DNA of 63,320 bases, filler included, from Octopus bimaculoides (Eukaryota): the NCBI RefSeq assembly GCF_001194135.2. It is 5 parts of 5 records of this genome, joined end to end, with 100 filler letters (N's around TTAATTAATTAA, not from the genome) between each part and the next. Parts side by side here need not be neighbours in the genome. Positions count along the whole stretch, not along the records: positions 47,054 to 63,320 come from NC_069004.1; 4 more parts are not named here. One strand, given 5' to 3'. This document shows, one piece after another, positions 52,474 to 63,320 of this stretch. Under the pieces are notes generated by a model that worked only from the letters and a program-made list of their open reading frames with translations, was not told where the DNA came from and did no database searches. A program made the position numbers and the translations under genes. Numbering within the stretch: position 1 is the stretch's first letter; every line of letters begins with the position of its first letter.

Positions 52474-53773
52474 TATCATCATTGTTTAACGTCCGCTTTC
52501 CATGCTGGCATGGGTTGGACGATTTGACTGACGACTGGCGAACCAGATGGCTGCACCAGGCTCCAATCTAATTTGGCAGAGTTTCTACAGCTGGATGCCC
52601 TTCCTAACGCCAAACACTCTGAGAGTGTAGTGGGTGCTTTTACGTGCCACCAGTACAAGGGCCAGTCAGGTGGTACTGGCAACGGCCACGCTCAAATGAT
52701 GTTTCTTATGTGCCACCTGCACAGGAGGGTGTTTTTTACGTGCCACCTGCACAGGAGCCAGTCCAGCGGCACTGGCAACGACTTCACTCGAATATTTTTT
52801 CACGTGCCAGTAAGGTGACGCTGATAACGATCACGCTCGAATGGTGCTTTTTACATGCCACCGCCACTGAAGCCAGTCAGCTGCTCTGGCAAAGATCACG
52901 CTTGGATGGTGCACTTAGCACTCCACTAGCACGGATGCCAGTAATCAAATTTTATTTTGATTTTGATTTCACTTGCCTCAACAGGTCTTCACAAACAGAG
53001 TTTAGTGTCCAATGAAGGAAAGGTACGCATAAGTGGGCTGGTTACACCCCTGGAATAGGCCATGGGTTATGGTCTCACTTGGCTTGCTCGGTCTTCTCAG
53101 GCGCAGCATATTTCCAAAGGTCTCGGTCACTAGTCATTACCTTGGTGAAGCCTAATGTTCGAAGGTCGTGCTTCACTACCTCATCCCAGGTCTTCCTGGA
53201 TCTACCTCTACCACAGGTTCCCTCAACTGCTAAGGTGTGACACTTTTTCACACAGCTTTCCTCATCCATTCTTGCCACATGACCGTACCACTGCAGTCGT
53301 CTCTCTTGCACACTACATCTGATGCTTCTTAGGTCCAACTTTTGTCTCAAGGTACTTACACTCTGTCAAGTATGCACACTGACATTACACATCCAGCGGA
53401 GCATACTGGCTTCATTCCTTGCAAGCTTACGCATGTCTTCAGCCATCACGGCCCATGTTTCACTGCCATGTAGCATGGCTGTTTGTACACATGCGTCATA
53501 CAGTCTACCTTTTACTCTGAGTGAGAGGCCCTTTGTCACCAGCGGAGGTAAGAGCTCTCTGAAATTTGTCCCAGTTATTCTTATTCTGGCAGCTACACTT
53601 TCAGAGCACCCTCCCCTGCTACTGACTTGGTCACCTAGGTAATGGAAGCTATCAACTACATCTACTTCTTCTCCCTGGAATGTGGCAGAAGTTGTTCTCT
53701 GCACATTTTCAGTGTTTATTGCTCCTGAGCATCTGCCACACACAAAAGCTATCTTCCCAGTTAGCCTTCCTTT
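52474..53773 (-). mobile_element. 5'-truncated RTE-clade LINE: RT C-terminal ORF (one CGA->TGA stop) plus full 3' UTR
   Basis: ORFs 53366-53743 and 53075-53350 are one frame broken by a single TGA. They contain VVDSFHYLGD, KGRLYDACVQTAMLHGSETW, RRLQWYGHVARM and GRGRSRKTW, which are typical RTE RT/thumb motifs. The 3' UTR has about 66-bp tandem units and an ATGATGATA tail. Confidence 0.92.
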
Positions 53774-54202
53774 GAAATAACTAAATAACTAAATAACTAA
53801 AATCTACAAAAATGTAAATACTGATCTGCCACAGAAACCCACAATATATTGTGGACTTCAGGATATAAATATACATATATTAGCCAGAAAATTCTGTGAT
53901 GCAGTGAGTGAACTGAAATGTACTGAGTGTGCGATAGGTGAACCATGATATGGCAAAGAATTACACGCACATACAGCCTCTTTCTTCTAGTCATTTCATC
54001 AAGTTAAACCATTAACCCTACATATTTATTTCTCTCTCTGCATTTTCGTTCTCTCTCCATTTTTTTCTTGTCATCTCTTCCTGTTGAAGAGCATAGGCTT
54101 GAAATGTCAAAGACTTTTCCATTCTTCCAGAGCATCAAGCAAATACACCTGCTTACTGTTCCCTCACTTGTCTTCATATTTTGTTTTCTGTAAATTTGAA
54201 CT

Positions 54203-54233
<31 letters not shown>

Positions 54234-55009
54234 CAGACGCACACGCACACACACACACACACGTGCGCATATATATATTAAGTATATAGTCTTCTACAAA
54301 AACCCTGGGCCAACCAAAATTTTGTGAGTGGATTTGGTGGACAGAAACTGAAAGAGATCTGTCGTATATGTGTGTGTGTGTGTGTGTGTGTATGTGTTCT
54401 TGTGTCTTTGTGTTTGTGTTTGCTCACCACCACCGCCAACATCACCACCGCCAACATCACCACCGCCAACATCACCACCNNNNNNNNNNNNNNNNNNNNN
54501 NNNNNNNNNNNNNNNNNNNNNNNNNNNNNNNNNNNNNNNNNNNNNNNNNNNNNNNNNNNNNNNNNNNNNNNNNNNNNNNNNNNNNNNNNNNNNNNNNNNN
54601 NNNNNNNNNNNNNNNNNNNNNNNNNNNNNNNNNNNNNNNNNNNNNNNNNNNNNNNNNNNNNNNNNNNNNNNNNNNNNNNNNNNNNNNNNNNNNNNNNNNN
54701 NNNNNNNNNNNNNNNNNNNNNNNNNNNNNNNNNNNNNNNNNNNNNNNNNNNNNNNNNNNNNNNNNNNNNNNNNNNNNNNNNNNNNNNNNNNNNNNNNNNN
54801 NNNNNNNNNNNACCTCATTATCTAGCAGTTTAACAAAAGAGATCAATAAAATAAGTTCCCCACTTAAAAGATGAACGTAAGTACTGGGACGTGGAGGTGG
54901 GGGGTCAATTCATTTGCCTAAAAATCCTTCAAAGAAGTGCTCCAGCATGGCTGTTGTCCAATGACTGAAACAGGTAAGATGTGAAAGATATGAATATCTG
55001 TGCAAGGAA

Positions 55010-55045
<36 letters not shown>

Positions 55046-55472
55046 ATGCGTGTGTGTGTGTGTGTATGTGTGCGTGTGTGATAGAGTGATGTCAAAGCTT
55101 TTGTGTTATTCCATTTTCAAGCAAAGGAGTAAAAATATAGCTCCCACTTTTATGTCTTCAAAATGATTTATCAAAATACTCTGAACTACTGACAATTATA
55201 AATTAATCTTGAAAAAGAAAGAGGAAAAAAAAAAATTCTTTTAAAAGGTTAAGGTAAAAAAAAAAACCCCAAGCAAACAATACAAACGTGAAATAAACTC
55301 ATCAGTGACACATACTGACACCCATACGGCCATGAATGTTGGTATATGTGTCTGCGCGTGTGCTTGCATGTGTATGTGTGTGTGCATGTGTGTTTGTATG
55401 TGTTTGTGGATACATACACACACAAACACACACATATGCACATACAGACAAGCCAACACACACACACACACA

Positions 55473-55505
<33 letters not shown>

Positions 55506-55581
55506 TCATAGATAGATACATAGATAGATATACTGATATAATGATATTAACACATATTTGTCTGCATGTGTATATATATAT

Positions 55582-56000
55582 AGGTGTAGGAGTGGCTGTG
55601 TGGTAAGTAGCTTGCTTACCAACCATATGGTTCCGGGTTCAGTTCCACTGCGTGGCACCTTGGGCAAGTGTCTTCTACTATAGCCTCGGGCCGACCAGAG
55701 CCTTGTGAGTGGATTTGGTAGACGGAAACTGAAAGAAGCCCATCGTATATATGTATATATATATGTATGTATGTGTGTGTGTATATGTTTGTGTGTCTGT
55801 GTTTGACATCATCGCTTGACAACTGATGCTGGTGTATTTATGTCCCCGTAACTTAGCGGTTTGGCAAAAAAGACCGATAGAATAAGTACCAGGCTTACAA
55901 AGAATAAGTCCCGGGGTCGATTTGCTCGACTAAAGACGGTGCTCCAGCATGGCCACTGTCAAATGACTGAAACAGGTAAAAAAGTAAAAGAGAGTAAAGA
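55582..56000 (+). mobile_element. SINE family A, best-preserved full-length copy
   Basis: A-box-like TGGCTGTGTGG, B-box-like GGTTCAGTTCC, GCACCTTGGGCAAGT (similar to the CORE-SINE CCTTGGGCAAGT), internal (TA/TG)n and a second half ending GACTGAAACAGGTAAAAAAGTAAAAGAG. Confidence 0.88.
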
Positions 56001-56001
56001 G

Positions 56002-56030
<29 letters not shown>

Positions 56031-56032
<2 letters not shown>

Positions 56033-56597
56033 ATGGACGAGGACAGCTATGTTGTGCTGTACTGCATATGGACAGGGACAGCTGTGTAAGGAAGTACTGA
56101 TTTCTAACTATGGATGGAACTTGTGGTAGAGGTAGACCCAAGAACACATGGAACAAGGTGCTGAAGCATGATGATCAAGCTTTGAGTCTCACAGAGGCAA
56201 TGACTAGTGACTGAGACCTTTGGTGAAGTGCTGTGCTTCAGAGAACCCGTCAAGCCAAGTGCATCCATACTGGTGGCATGTTACGAACTCCTTTCAAGTG
56301 TTGAGCCTCACAGAGACAAAGTGGCTGAGTTCCTTTTGAGTGTTGGGCCCCATGGAGCAAAATTGCAGTTGTGGTGGATACCAGTGTCACACAAATTGGC
56401 ACCCATGCTGGTGGCATGTAAAAGCACCGATTACACTCTTGCAGTGGTTGGCATTAGGAAGAGTGTCCAGCCATAGAAAACCATCCCAAATCAGACTAGA
56501 GTCTGGTACGGCCTTTCAACATGCCAGCTCGGTCAAACCATCCAACCCATACCAGCATGGACAATGGACAGACGTTAAATGATGATGATGATGATGA
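56031..56597 (+). mobile_element. 5'-truncated RTE LINE, decayed
   Basis: HMDRDSCVRKY*FLTMDGTCGRGRPKNTWNKVLKHD, followed by a 3' UTR and (GAT)n tail. Confidence 0.8.
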
Positions 56598-56614
56598 CAT
56601 ACATATATATATAT

Positions 56615-56672
<58 letters not shown>

Positions 56673-56731
56673 ATGTATGTATGGATGTATATATGCATAT
56701 ATATATATATATATACATATCTGTATATATA

Positions 56732-57282
56732 TCATCATCATCATTTAACGTCCATTTTCCATGCTAGCATGGGTTGGACAGTTCTACCAGGGTCTGGGTA
56801 GCCAGGAGGCTGCATCAGGCTCCAGTCTGATCTGGTAGTGTTTCTACAGCTGGATGCCCTTCCTAATGCCAACCACTCCGTGAGTGTATGGATGCTTTTT
56901 ACATGCCGCTGGCACGGGTATCACAACTGCAATTTCCATTTGATTTTCATTTTGATGTCGATGTACTTGACTCGATAGGTCTCATCAAGCACAGCAGGTC
57001 ACCCTACAATCCAAGGTACTTTTGAATGGGCTGGAGCTGGTTCTGTGACACTGGTGTAGGATACAGCCATGAACTCACTTTATTTGCCGGGTCTTCTCAG
57101 TCACAGCATACATCCAGAGGTCTCAGTCTTTTGTCATTGCCTCTGTGAGGCCCAGCATTCAAAGGTCATGCTTCACCACCTCATCCCATGTCTTCCTGGG
57201 TCTCCCTCTACCCCGGATTCCTTCAACTGTTTGGGAGTGGCACTTCTTCACACAGCTCTCCTCATCCATCCATAGCCATACC
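56732..57282 (-). mobile_element. 5'-truncated RTE LINE
   Basis: Supplied ORF 57159-57392 ends WMDEESCVKKCHSQTVEGIRGRGRPRKTWDEVVKHDL. The tail (ATG)n is at 56732-56744. Confidence 0.85.
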
Positions 57283-57295
57283 ACACAGCCATAGC

Positions 57296-57331
<36 letters not shown>

Positions 57332-58561
57332 TATATATATGTATATGTAAATAAATATATGCATTCTTATATATGCATTCATGCGCACACACTCACGTAT
57401 GTATGTGTATATATATATGTATACATACACACACACACACATATACATACATATACATTTATACATATATATGTGTGTGTGTGTGTTTATGTGTTTGTAT
57501 GTATGTATATATGTATGTACATATGTATGTCTGTTTGTATGTGTGTATATGAGTTGGTGAATGTTTGATGTTTACAAATAAAATAAAATGTATGCAATTC
57601 ATAATGTAAGCGTGAGTATTTCTTTTTATTTGAAGCTGAATTTTTTTGAATCATGGTTGTGTGTTTCCCATTGACAATTATTCAAGAGTTTGAAGTAGTG
57701 AAGCCATGGGAAAAGAAGCAAAAATATTCACAAATACATCTTAATATGTTTTAGTCATCAAGATTTGTTTGATTACAATGTTAGAAAATTCATTATAATA
57801 TTATCTTTTCAACTGTCCTTCACAGAACACATTATCTGTCCAAATATTCGCATACAACAATAAGTGATATTTTCATGTTTTTAGTATCATATCTGTAAAA
57901 TACACATGAGCTAGTATAGTAGCTATTGTTAAAAAAAGTTTTCATATTAATGAATAAAAGTTTTTTCCCCCTCATATCTCCATTATGTGGGAAACCTGTA
58001 TAGTGAGTTCTTGATCAGAAATGCATTGATAAAAGTCAATGTAAGAATTTTTAAGAAATATGAATTCTAATTTTTTGCTCAAAATTGCAAAATGTATCTG
58101 GATGTCATAATATTCCTCCAGGAGACAATTTCTAGATTCATTAATATGGGATTAAACGTTCTCTTTTAAGATCAGTTGATGTTTGGTGACATTATCCTTC
58201 TCTGCAATCCAAATAGACTTGGTGTATAGTGAGGTGGTGTGTCCCATTTCTAAGTATCTGAATGCATACATATGTTGCAAGATTTGGTACTTTAGAGGTA
58301 TTTTCCATAAGCCCTATCCAGCATTTTATTTTATTCTCATTTTCAAGAGAGATTTTAGTTTCATAAACAGATGGAAGAGAAGAGCATTGAGAGTGTGGAC
58401 ATTAAATATTTTGCAATTAAACAAAAGAGAAAAATACTGTGTTTTTATACAGTAAAGTTTATATTATTTATACTAACTAAGGAAAAAGTAAAACTTTTGG
58501 TGCAACTGTAGCTCACCTTGATACTATTTGTCTAAAAAATTTTATGATATATATATCATAA

Positions 58562-58879
58562 AGGTGCATGGCTCAGTGGTTAGAGCGTTGAGCATATGAT
58601 CGCGAGGTTGTGAGTTCAAATCCTGGACCGGGCTGCAAGACACTTTATTTCACGTTGCTCCAGTTCACTCAGCTGTAGAAATGAGTTGCAACATCACAGG
58701 TGCCAAGCTGTATTGGCCCCTTTGCCTTTCCTTTGGATAACACCGGTGGATGTGGAGAGGGGAGACTGGTATGCATGGGCGAGTGCTGGTCTTCCATGAA
58801 CAACCTTGCCCGGACTTGTGCTTTGGAGGGTAGCTCTCTAGGTGCAATCCCATGGTCAGTCATGACCGAAGGAGGTCTC
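58562..58879 (+). mobile_element. SINE family D, full length
   Basis: Head GGTGCATGGCTCAGTGGTTAGAGCG..GTGAGTTCAAATCC (A and B boxes) and body ACTTTATTTCACGTTGCTCCAGTTCACTCAGCTGTAGAAATGAG. Confidence 0.8.
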
Positions 58880-59978
58880 AGCATATATATATATATGATC
58901 AACTGAAAAATTCTGGCCTATATTAGGACAATCTTTTAAACTACATATAGAGTTATACCATATTTTGTATCCTATATTTATGTTACTGAATAATCTATCA
59001 ATACAAAAGAGAACAAACCCAGTAGAATGCAGAGCAAAATCTCTTCATTACATTTAAGAAGTACAACCTCTTCAACCTACAAATCTCAGCTCTATGGCAT
59101 GATCCAATGGCTAAATCAAACAACTTCTGGTTAGCATGTTTTCCCTTAGAAGTATTATTATATAACAGCAAAGATTTCCTTGCATGCGCATTAATATTAA
59201 TGTATGAATTACTAATTGGAGTAAGGCCTCTACCAGATTCTAAAGCTTTTAAAGTGGGGATTTAGAAAGAAATGGATACAATTCTGCTATATGAAACTGA
59301 ATAAATTATTATTTCTGTTGCTCAACATTTCTTATCTCTATTAATGAGCTGCTCAATAACCGACAAACTGCTATTCTATATTGGAAGAGAGATGAATTGC
59401 TTAATGTTAAAAATGATAGAATTAATAGAATTTAAAATATTTTTCTCATCTCACCTATCACAAATCTTAACAGATTTATTCATCAACATTGAAGGTTAAC
59501 AAGAAATTTCTTTAGGCTTTTTGAAACTAATGTCTGATTCACATAACACTAAAGTTACTATTATGTTTTGGACTTGTAGCTAATTCTTAGACTCTTAAAT
59601 TACTTACAGGCATTAATGACGTTGATGGAAAGGTGCCTATGGCTTGTACAACTCACTTTCACAGATATTTTTGGTTTTGTATGAAGAAACATAGTTTTGT
59701 TTGGAATATTCCAGAATCATAAAAAAAAAAAAAAAGAAACACATTTAGTGTTTACTTGAAAAGGCTGACTTTCTAATTAAGAGGATGTAATGGAAGTCAT
59801 ATTTCTTTAATAAAAGCTGGAGATTCAAGGACAAAATCATTGTTAATGGCTGTCTCCATTACCCTATGTGTTTTAGAAGTAAAAGTAATAGGACTATAAG
59901 GAATAAGGCTCACTGAAAATATACATTATTTACATTATTTACATTTGATGGATATTTGTCCTCATCTTGTTTGTTGTT

Positions 59979-60025
59979 AACACAACGTTTCAGCTAATAT
60001 ACCCTCCAGCCTTCATCAGGTGTCT
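59979..60025 (-). ncRNA. Minimal type-I hammerhead ribozyme motif (Penelope-associated type)
   Basis: The RNA reads AGACAC-CUGAUGA-A-GGCU(ggaggguauauu)AGCU-GAAAC-GUU^GUGUU. Stem I is GACAC/GUGUU, the core is CUGAUGA + GAAA with an extra A after A9, stem III is the palindromic loopless ACGU, and cleavage is predicted between 59984 and 59983. Confidence 0.7.
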
Positions 60026-60071
60026 TGGGGAAATTTCAAACCTGGGTTCTCATTCCTAAGGTATTTTTTGA

Positions 60072-60110
<39 letters not shown>

Positions 60111-60193
60111 CATTATTCAAATCACTGCCTGGTATTGAACTCGGAATCTTGGAGTTAGTAGCCCGCACCCTTAACCACCACACCATATGCCCA

Positions 60194-60240
60194 AGACACC
60201 TGATGAAGGCTGGAGGGTATATTAGCCGAAACATTATGTT
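60194..60240 (+). ncRNA. Second, degenerate hammerhead motif (inverted arm)
   Basis: AGACAC-CUGAUGA-A-GGCU..AGCC-GAAAC-AUU-AUGUU. The core and stem II are perfect, while stem III and stem I each carry a G->A change. Confidence 0.55.
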
Positions 60241-60884
60241 AACAACAAACAAGATGAGGATAAATATCCGTCAAATGTAAATAATGTACATAATTCCTCA
60301 TCTCTTAAATATAGAACTGTATCACTGAAAATGTGTTTCCAAATGTCAGCAGATAAATTTCAGCTTATCTTAGATAAATGGTTAGTCCATATTACTCTGT
60401 AAGGAACATAGGGCTAGTTTCTTAAGAATAGCTACTATACTTACTTGAGTGTATTTTACAGATTATGATATTAAAGACATGAAAATATCACATATGATAT
60501 TGTTGTATACGAATAATTGGACAATAATAATGTGTTCTGTGTAGGACAATTGAAAAGATATTATTATGATGAATTTTCTAACAGATGTATTTGTAAATAT
60601 TTTTGTTTATTTTCCCATGACTCTCCTACTTCAAACTTTTGACAAATTTTCTATGGGAAACATACAACTATGATTTGTATGTATTCCTCCCTGGAAAGAA
60701 TGCTGGTTCATTGCAGGATTACTAATTTTTATCAGCTGACTGGACTGGAGCAAGATGAAATAAAGTCTTTTGCTCAGGAACACAATACATTGCCCAGTCC
60801 AGAGATCAAACCCACAATCTTACAATCATGAGTCCAACACCCTAACCACTAAGCCATGCGCTTCCACTGTCTAAGATAAATAAC

Positions 60885-61144
60885 GATAAACGTTGCCCTT
60901 TCAAAGCCTAGCCAGGCTCATGGGCCCGGTTTCCCGGTTTTTATGGCGTATGTGTTCCCCCCAGCTGGATGGGACACCAGTCCATCGCAGCGTTACTCAA
61001 AAAACAGGAAGAAAGCGTGAGAGAAAGTTGGGGATTAGGTGTTTTCGCTCAATAAACACTCACAACGCCCGGTCTGGGAATCGAAACCGCGATCCTCCGA
61101 CCGCGAGTCTGCTGCCCTAACCACTGGGCCATTGCGCCTCCACT
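60885..61144 (-). mobile_element. SINE family C, full length with a 13-bp TSD
   Basis: TAAGATAAATAAC occurs at 60872-60884 and 61145-61157. The tRNA-like head is GTGGAGGCGCAATGGCCCAGTGGTTAGGGCAGCAGACTCGCGGTCGGAGGATCGCGGTTTCGATTCCC. Confidence 0.88.
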
Positions 61145-61390
61145 TAAGATAAATAACCTGACTATATTGCAAACCTCTACTCCATCGAAACAATCCATAA
61201 TGATATTTAAAAAATTCATTGGTGTCATTCACACATAGAAAGACCATGAAGAAGAGATTTTAATGTACATAGTTATGTCAAAAATCAGTTCGTTTAGTCA
61301 GATATGTACTACAGAATAAACTTAACTACATATATAAATCAGTGCCTAATATCTTCTATCATACATTGGCACACAGGCACATATAAATGC

Positions 61391-61421
<31 letters not shown>

Positions 61422-61559
61422 TGCACTCACACACACATGCACATATATATATATGAACGCATACATACATTTCCCTCACTTTTTCTTAGAAGTACATAAA
61501 AGTACATAAAAGTACATAAAAGTACTGGTGCAGTGTACTTTTATTAGTTGCAGGAGTTT

Positions 61560-61592
<33 letters not shown>

Positions 61593-61644
61593 ATATACAT
61601 GTATATATAGATATATATATGAATATATATACATGTATATATAT

Positions 61645-61676
<32 letters not shown>

Positions 61677-61774
61677 TATACACACACACACACGCATACA
61701 CACACATATATATATATGTATATCATCATCATCGTTTAACATCCACCGTCCATGCTGGCATGAGTGGGACATAC

Positions 61775-61823
<49 letters not shown>

Positions 61824-61949
61824 CACACACATACAAACATTCACACATACATACATACTGACTTTGGTTAAACACATTTAAATATATTCATTTCATTGTA
61901 AGATATTTAAGCATATACAACTATCAAGCACAAACAGACATCACACACA

Positions 61950-61992
<43 letters not shown>

Positions 61993-62849
61993 TTGTATAT
62001 ACACACATTTACACACACACCACATATATACATACACAGTCGCACAAAGGCATATACACACACACATATATATATATATCATTGATTGAGTTCATTTTCA
62101 AATTATCGTTTCATTGTTACCAATCTATAATGTAGGCAACACCCNNNNNNNNNNNNNNNNNNNNNNNNNNNNNNNNNNNNNNNNNNNNNNNNNNNNNNNN
62201 NNNNNNNNNNNNNNNNNNNNNNNNNNNNNNNNNNNNNNNNNNNNNNNNNNNNNNNNNNNNNNNNNNNNNNNNNNNNNNNNNNNNNNNNNNNNNNNNNNNN
62301 NNNNNNNNNNNNNNNNNNNNNNNNNNNNNNNNNNNNNNNNNNNNNNNNNNNNNNNNNNNNNNNNNNNNNNNNNNNNNNNNNNNNNNNNNNNNNNNNNNNN
62401 NNNNNNNNNNNNNNNNNNNNNNNNNNNNNNNNNNNNNNNNNNNNNNNNNNNNNNNNNNNNNNNNNNNNNNNNNNNNNNNNNNNNNNNNNNNNNNNNNNNN
62501 NNNNNNNNNNNNNNNNNNNNNNNNNNNNNNNNNNNNNNNNNNNNNNNNNNNNNNNNNNNNNNNNNNNNNNNNNNNNNNNNNNNNNNNNNNNNNNNNNNNN
62601 NNNNNNNNNNNNNNNNNNNNNNNNNNNNNNNNNNNNNNNNNNNNNNNNNNNNNNNNNNNNNNNNNNNNNNNNNNNNNNNNNNNNNNNNNNNNNNNNNNNN
62701 NNNNNNNNNNNNNNNNGGGGGGGGGGGACGAAAAGGTGAGGGTGGTAGAGATTGATGGAAAATGGTTATCTTCTGGATGCTTCATTAATTATGAGGAACG
62801 GTGTCAGAAAAATTCACACGTATTAGTAGGAAGCCTTTGGTAGACTGTA

Positions 62850-63320
62850 TAGCATGATGATGATGAGGATGAAGATGAAGATGATGACGATGATGATGAC
62901 GATGATGACAGGTAATAGTGTTGGCAGTAGTTGTGGTGGTGGCGGTGGTGGTGGTGGTGGTGATGGTGGTGACAATGATGATGTTGAAGACAATGATGCT
63001 GGTGGTGGTGGTGATGATGACGATGCTGGTGGTGGTAGTGATGATGATGACAATGATGATGAGGATGATGACAATGATGATGATGATGATGGTAATGATG
63101 GTGATGATAGATGATGATGATGATGACTAATCTGGAACTGAAGGTGGTGGTGGTGGTGGTGATAATTATGATGATGACGGTAGTACAAATGAAGATGATG
63201 ATGATGATGATGGAGGGGATGATGATGAAGACGACTAATATGAAACTGAAGGTGGTGATGGTGATGGTGATAATTATGATGAAGATGATGATGATGATGA
63301 CGATGATGACAGTTAATATG
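62850..63320. repeat. (GAT)n/(GGT)n low-complexity tract with a 108-bp higher-order duplication
   Basis: GACTAAT.TG.AACTGAAGGTGGTG..GGTGATAATTATGATGA starts at 63125 and 63233. Confidence 0.8.

Larger units (their letters stand above)
59921..60321 (-). mobile_element. Composite non-autonomous retroelement: tRNA-like head + (AAT)n + hammerhead + (ATGTAAATA)n tail, with an inverted copy of the ribozyme arm; 11-bp TSD
   Basis: TCACTGAAAAT occurs at 59910-59920 and 60322-60332. Inverted arms span 59921-60029 and 60190-60290. The minus-strand head is GCATATGGTGTGGTGGTTAAGGGTGCGGGCTACTAACTCCAAGATTCCGAGTTCAATACC. Confidence 0.8.

Noticed and set aside
58360-58510. ATG-initiated short frame MEEKSIESVDIKYF and a Tc1-like end (AAAACTTTTGGTGCAACTG|TA)
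   Set aside because: The frame is only 34 codons and no matching second TIR was found, which is too weak to call either an exon or an element.
60120-60190. tRNA gene, and other tRNA-like heads at 61075-61144, 58562-58630 and 29930-30003
   Set aside because: The acceptor and anticodon stems are incomplete and each continues into a repeat body, so these are SINE heads.
62823-63188. His/Ser/Pro-rich and Asp/Gly-rich ORFs
   Set aside because: They are translations of (GAT)n/(GGT)n microsatellite on both strands.

Overview
AT-rich, repeat-saturated animal genomic DNA with many N gaps. The SINE, RTE-LINE and mariner families look like those of an octopus genome (inference from repeat-family recognition, not a database result). 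No protein-coding host gene can be called with confidence. Almost all ORFs in the supplied track are artefacts of dinucleotide or trinucleotide repeats and N runs. The only convincing protein homology is to broken transposon genes: several mariner (DD34D) remnants, a maT/DD37D-like remnant, an RTE-LINE RT 3' end and an RTE endonuclease remnant. At least four tRNA-derived SINE families, two Tc1/mariner-superfamily MITEs and many microsatellites fill the rest. The most interesting object is a 401-bp insertion at 59921-60321 flanked by an 11-bp TSD. It combines a tRNA-like Pol III head, an (AAT)n spacer and a minimal type-I hammerhead ribozyme of the Penelope-associated kind, plus a second inverted ribozyme-bearing arm. 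A TSD-flanked 92-bp fragment of the same family at 12339-12430 starts next to the predicted cleavage site. The window also splits into a CpG-rich central block (about 25.1-47.0 kb) and CpG-depleted flanks, but the block edges coincide with artificial N44-TTAATTAATTAA-N44 scaffold joins.
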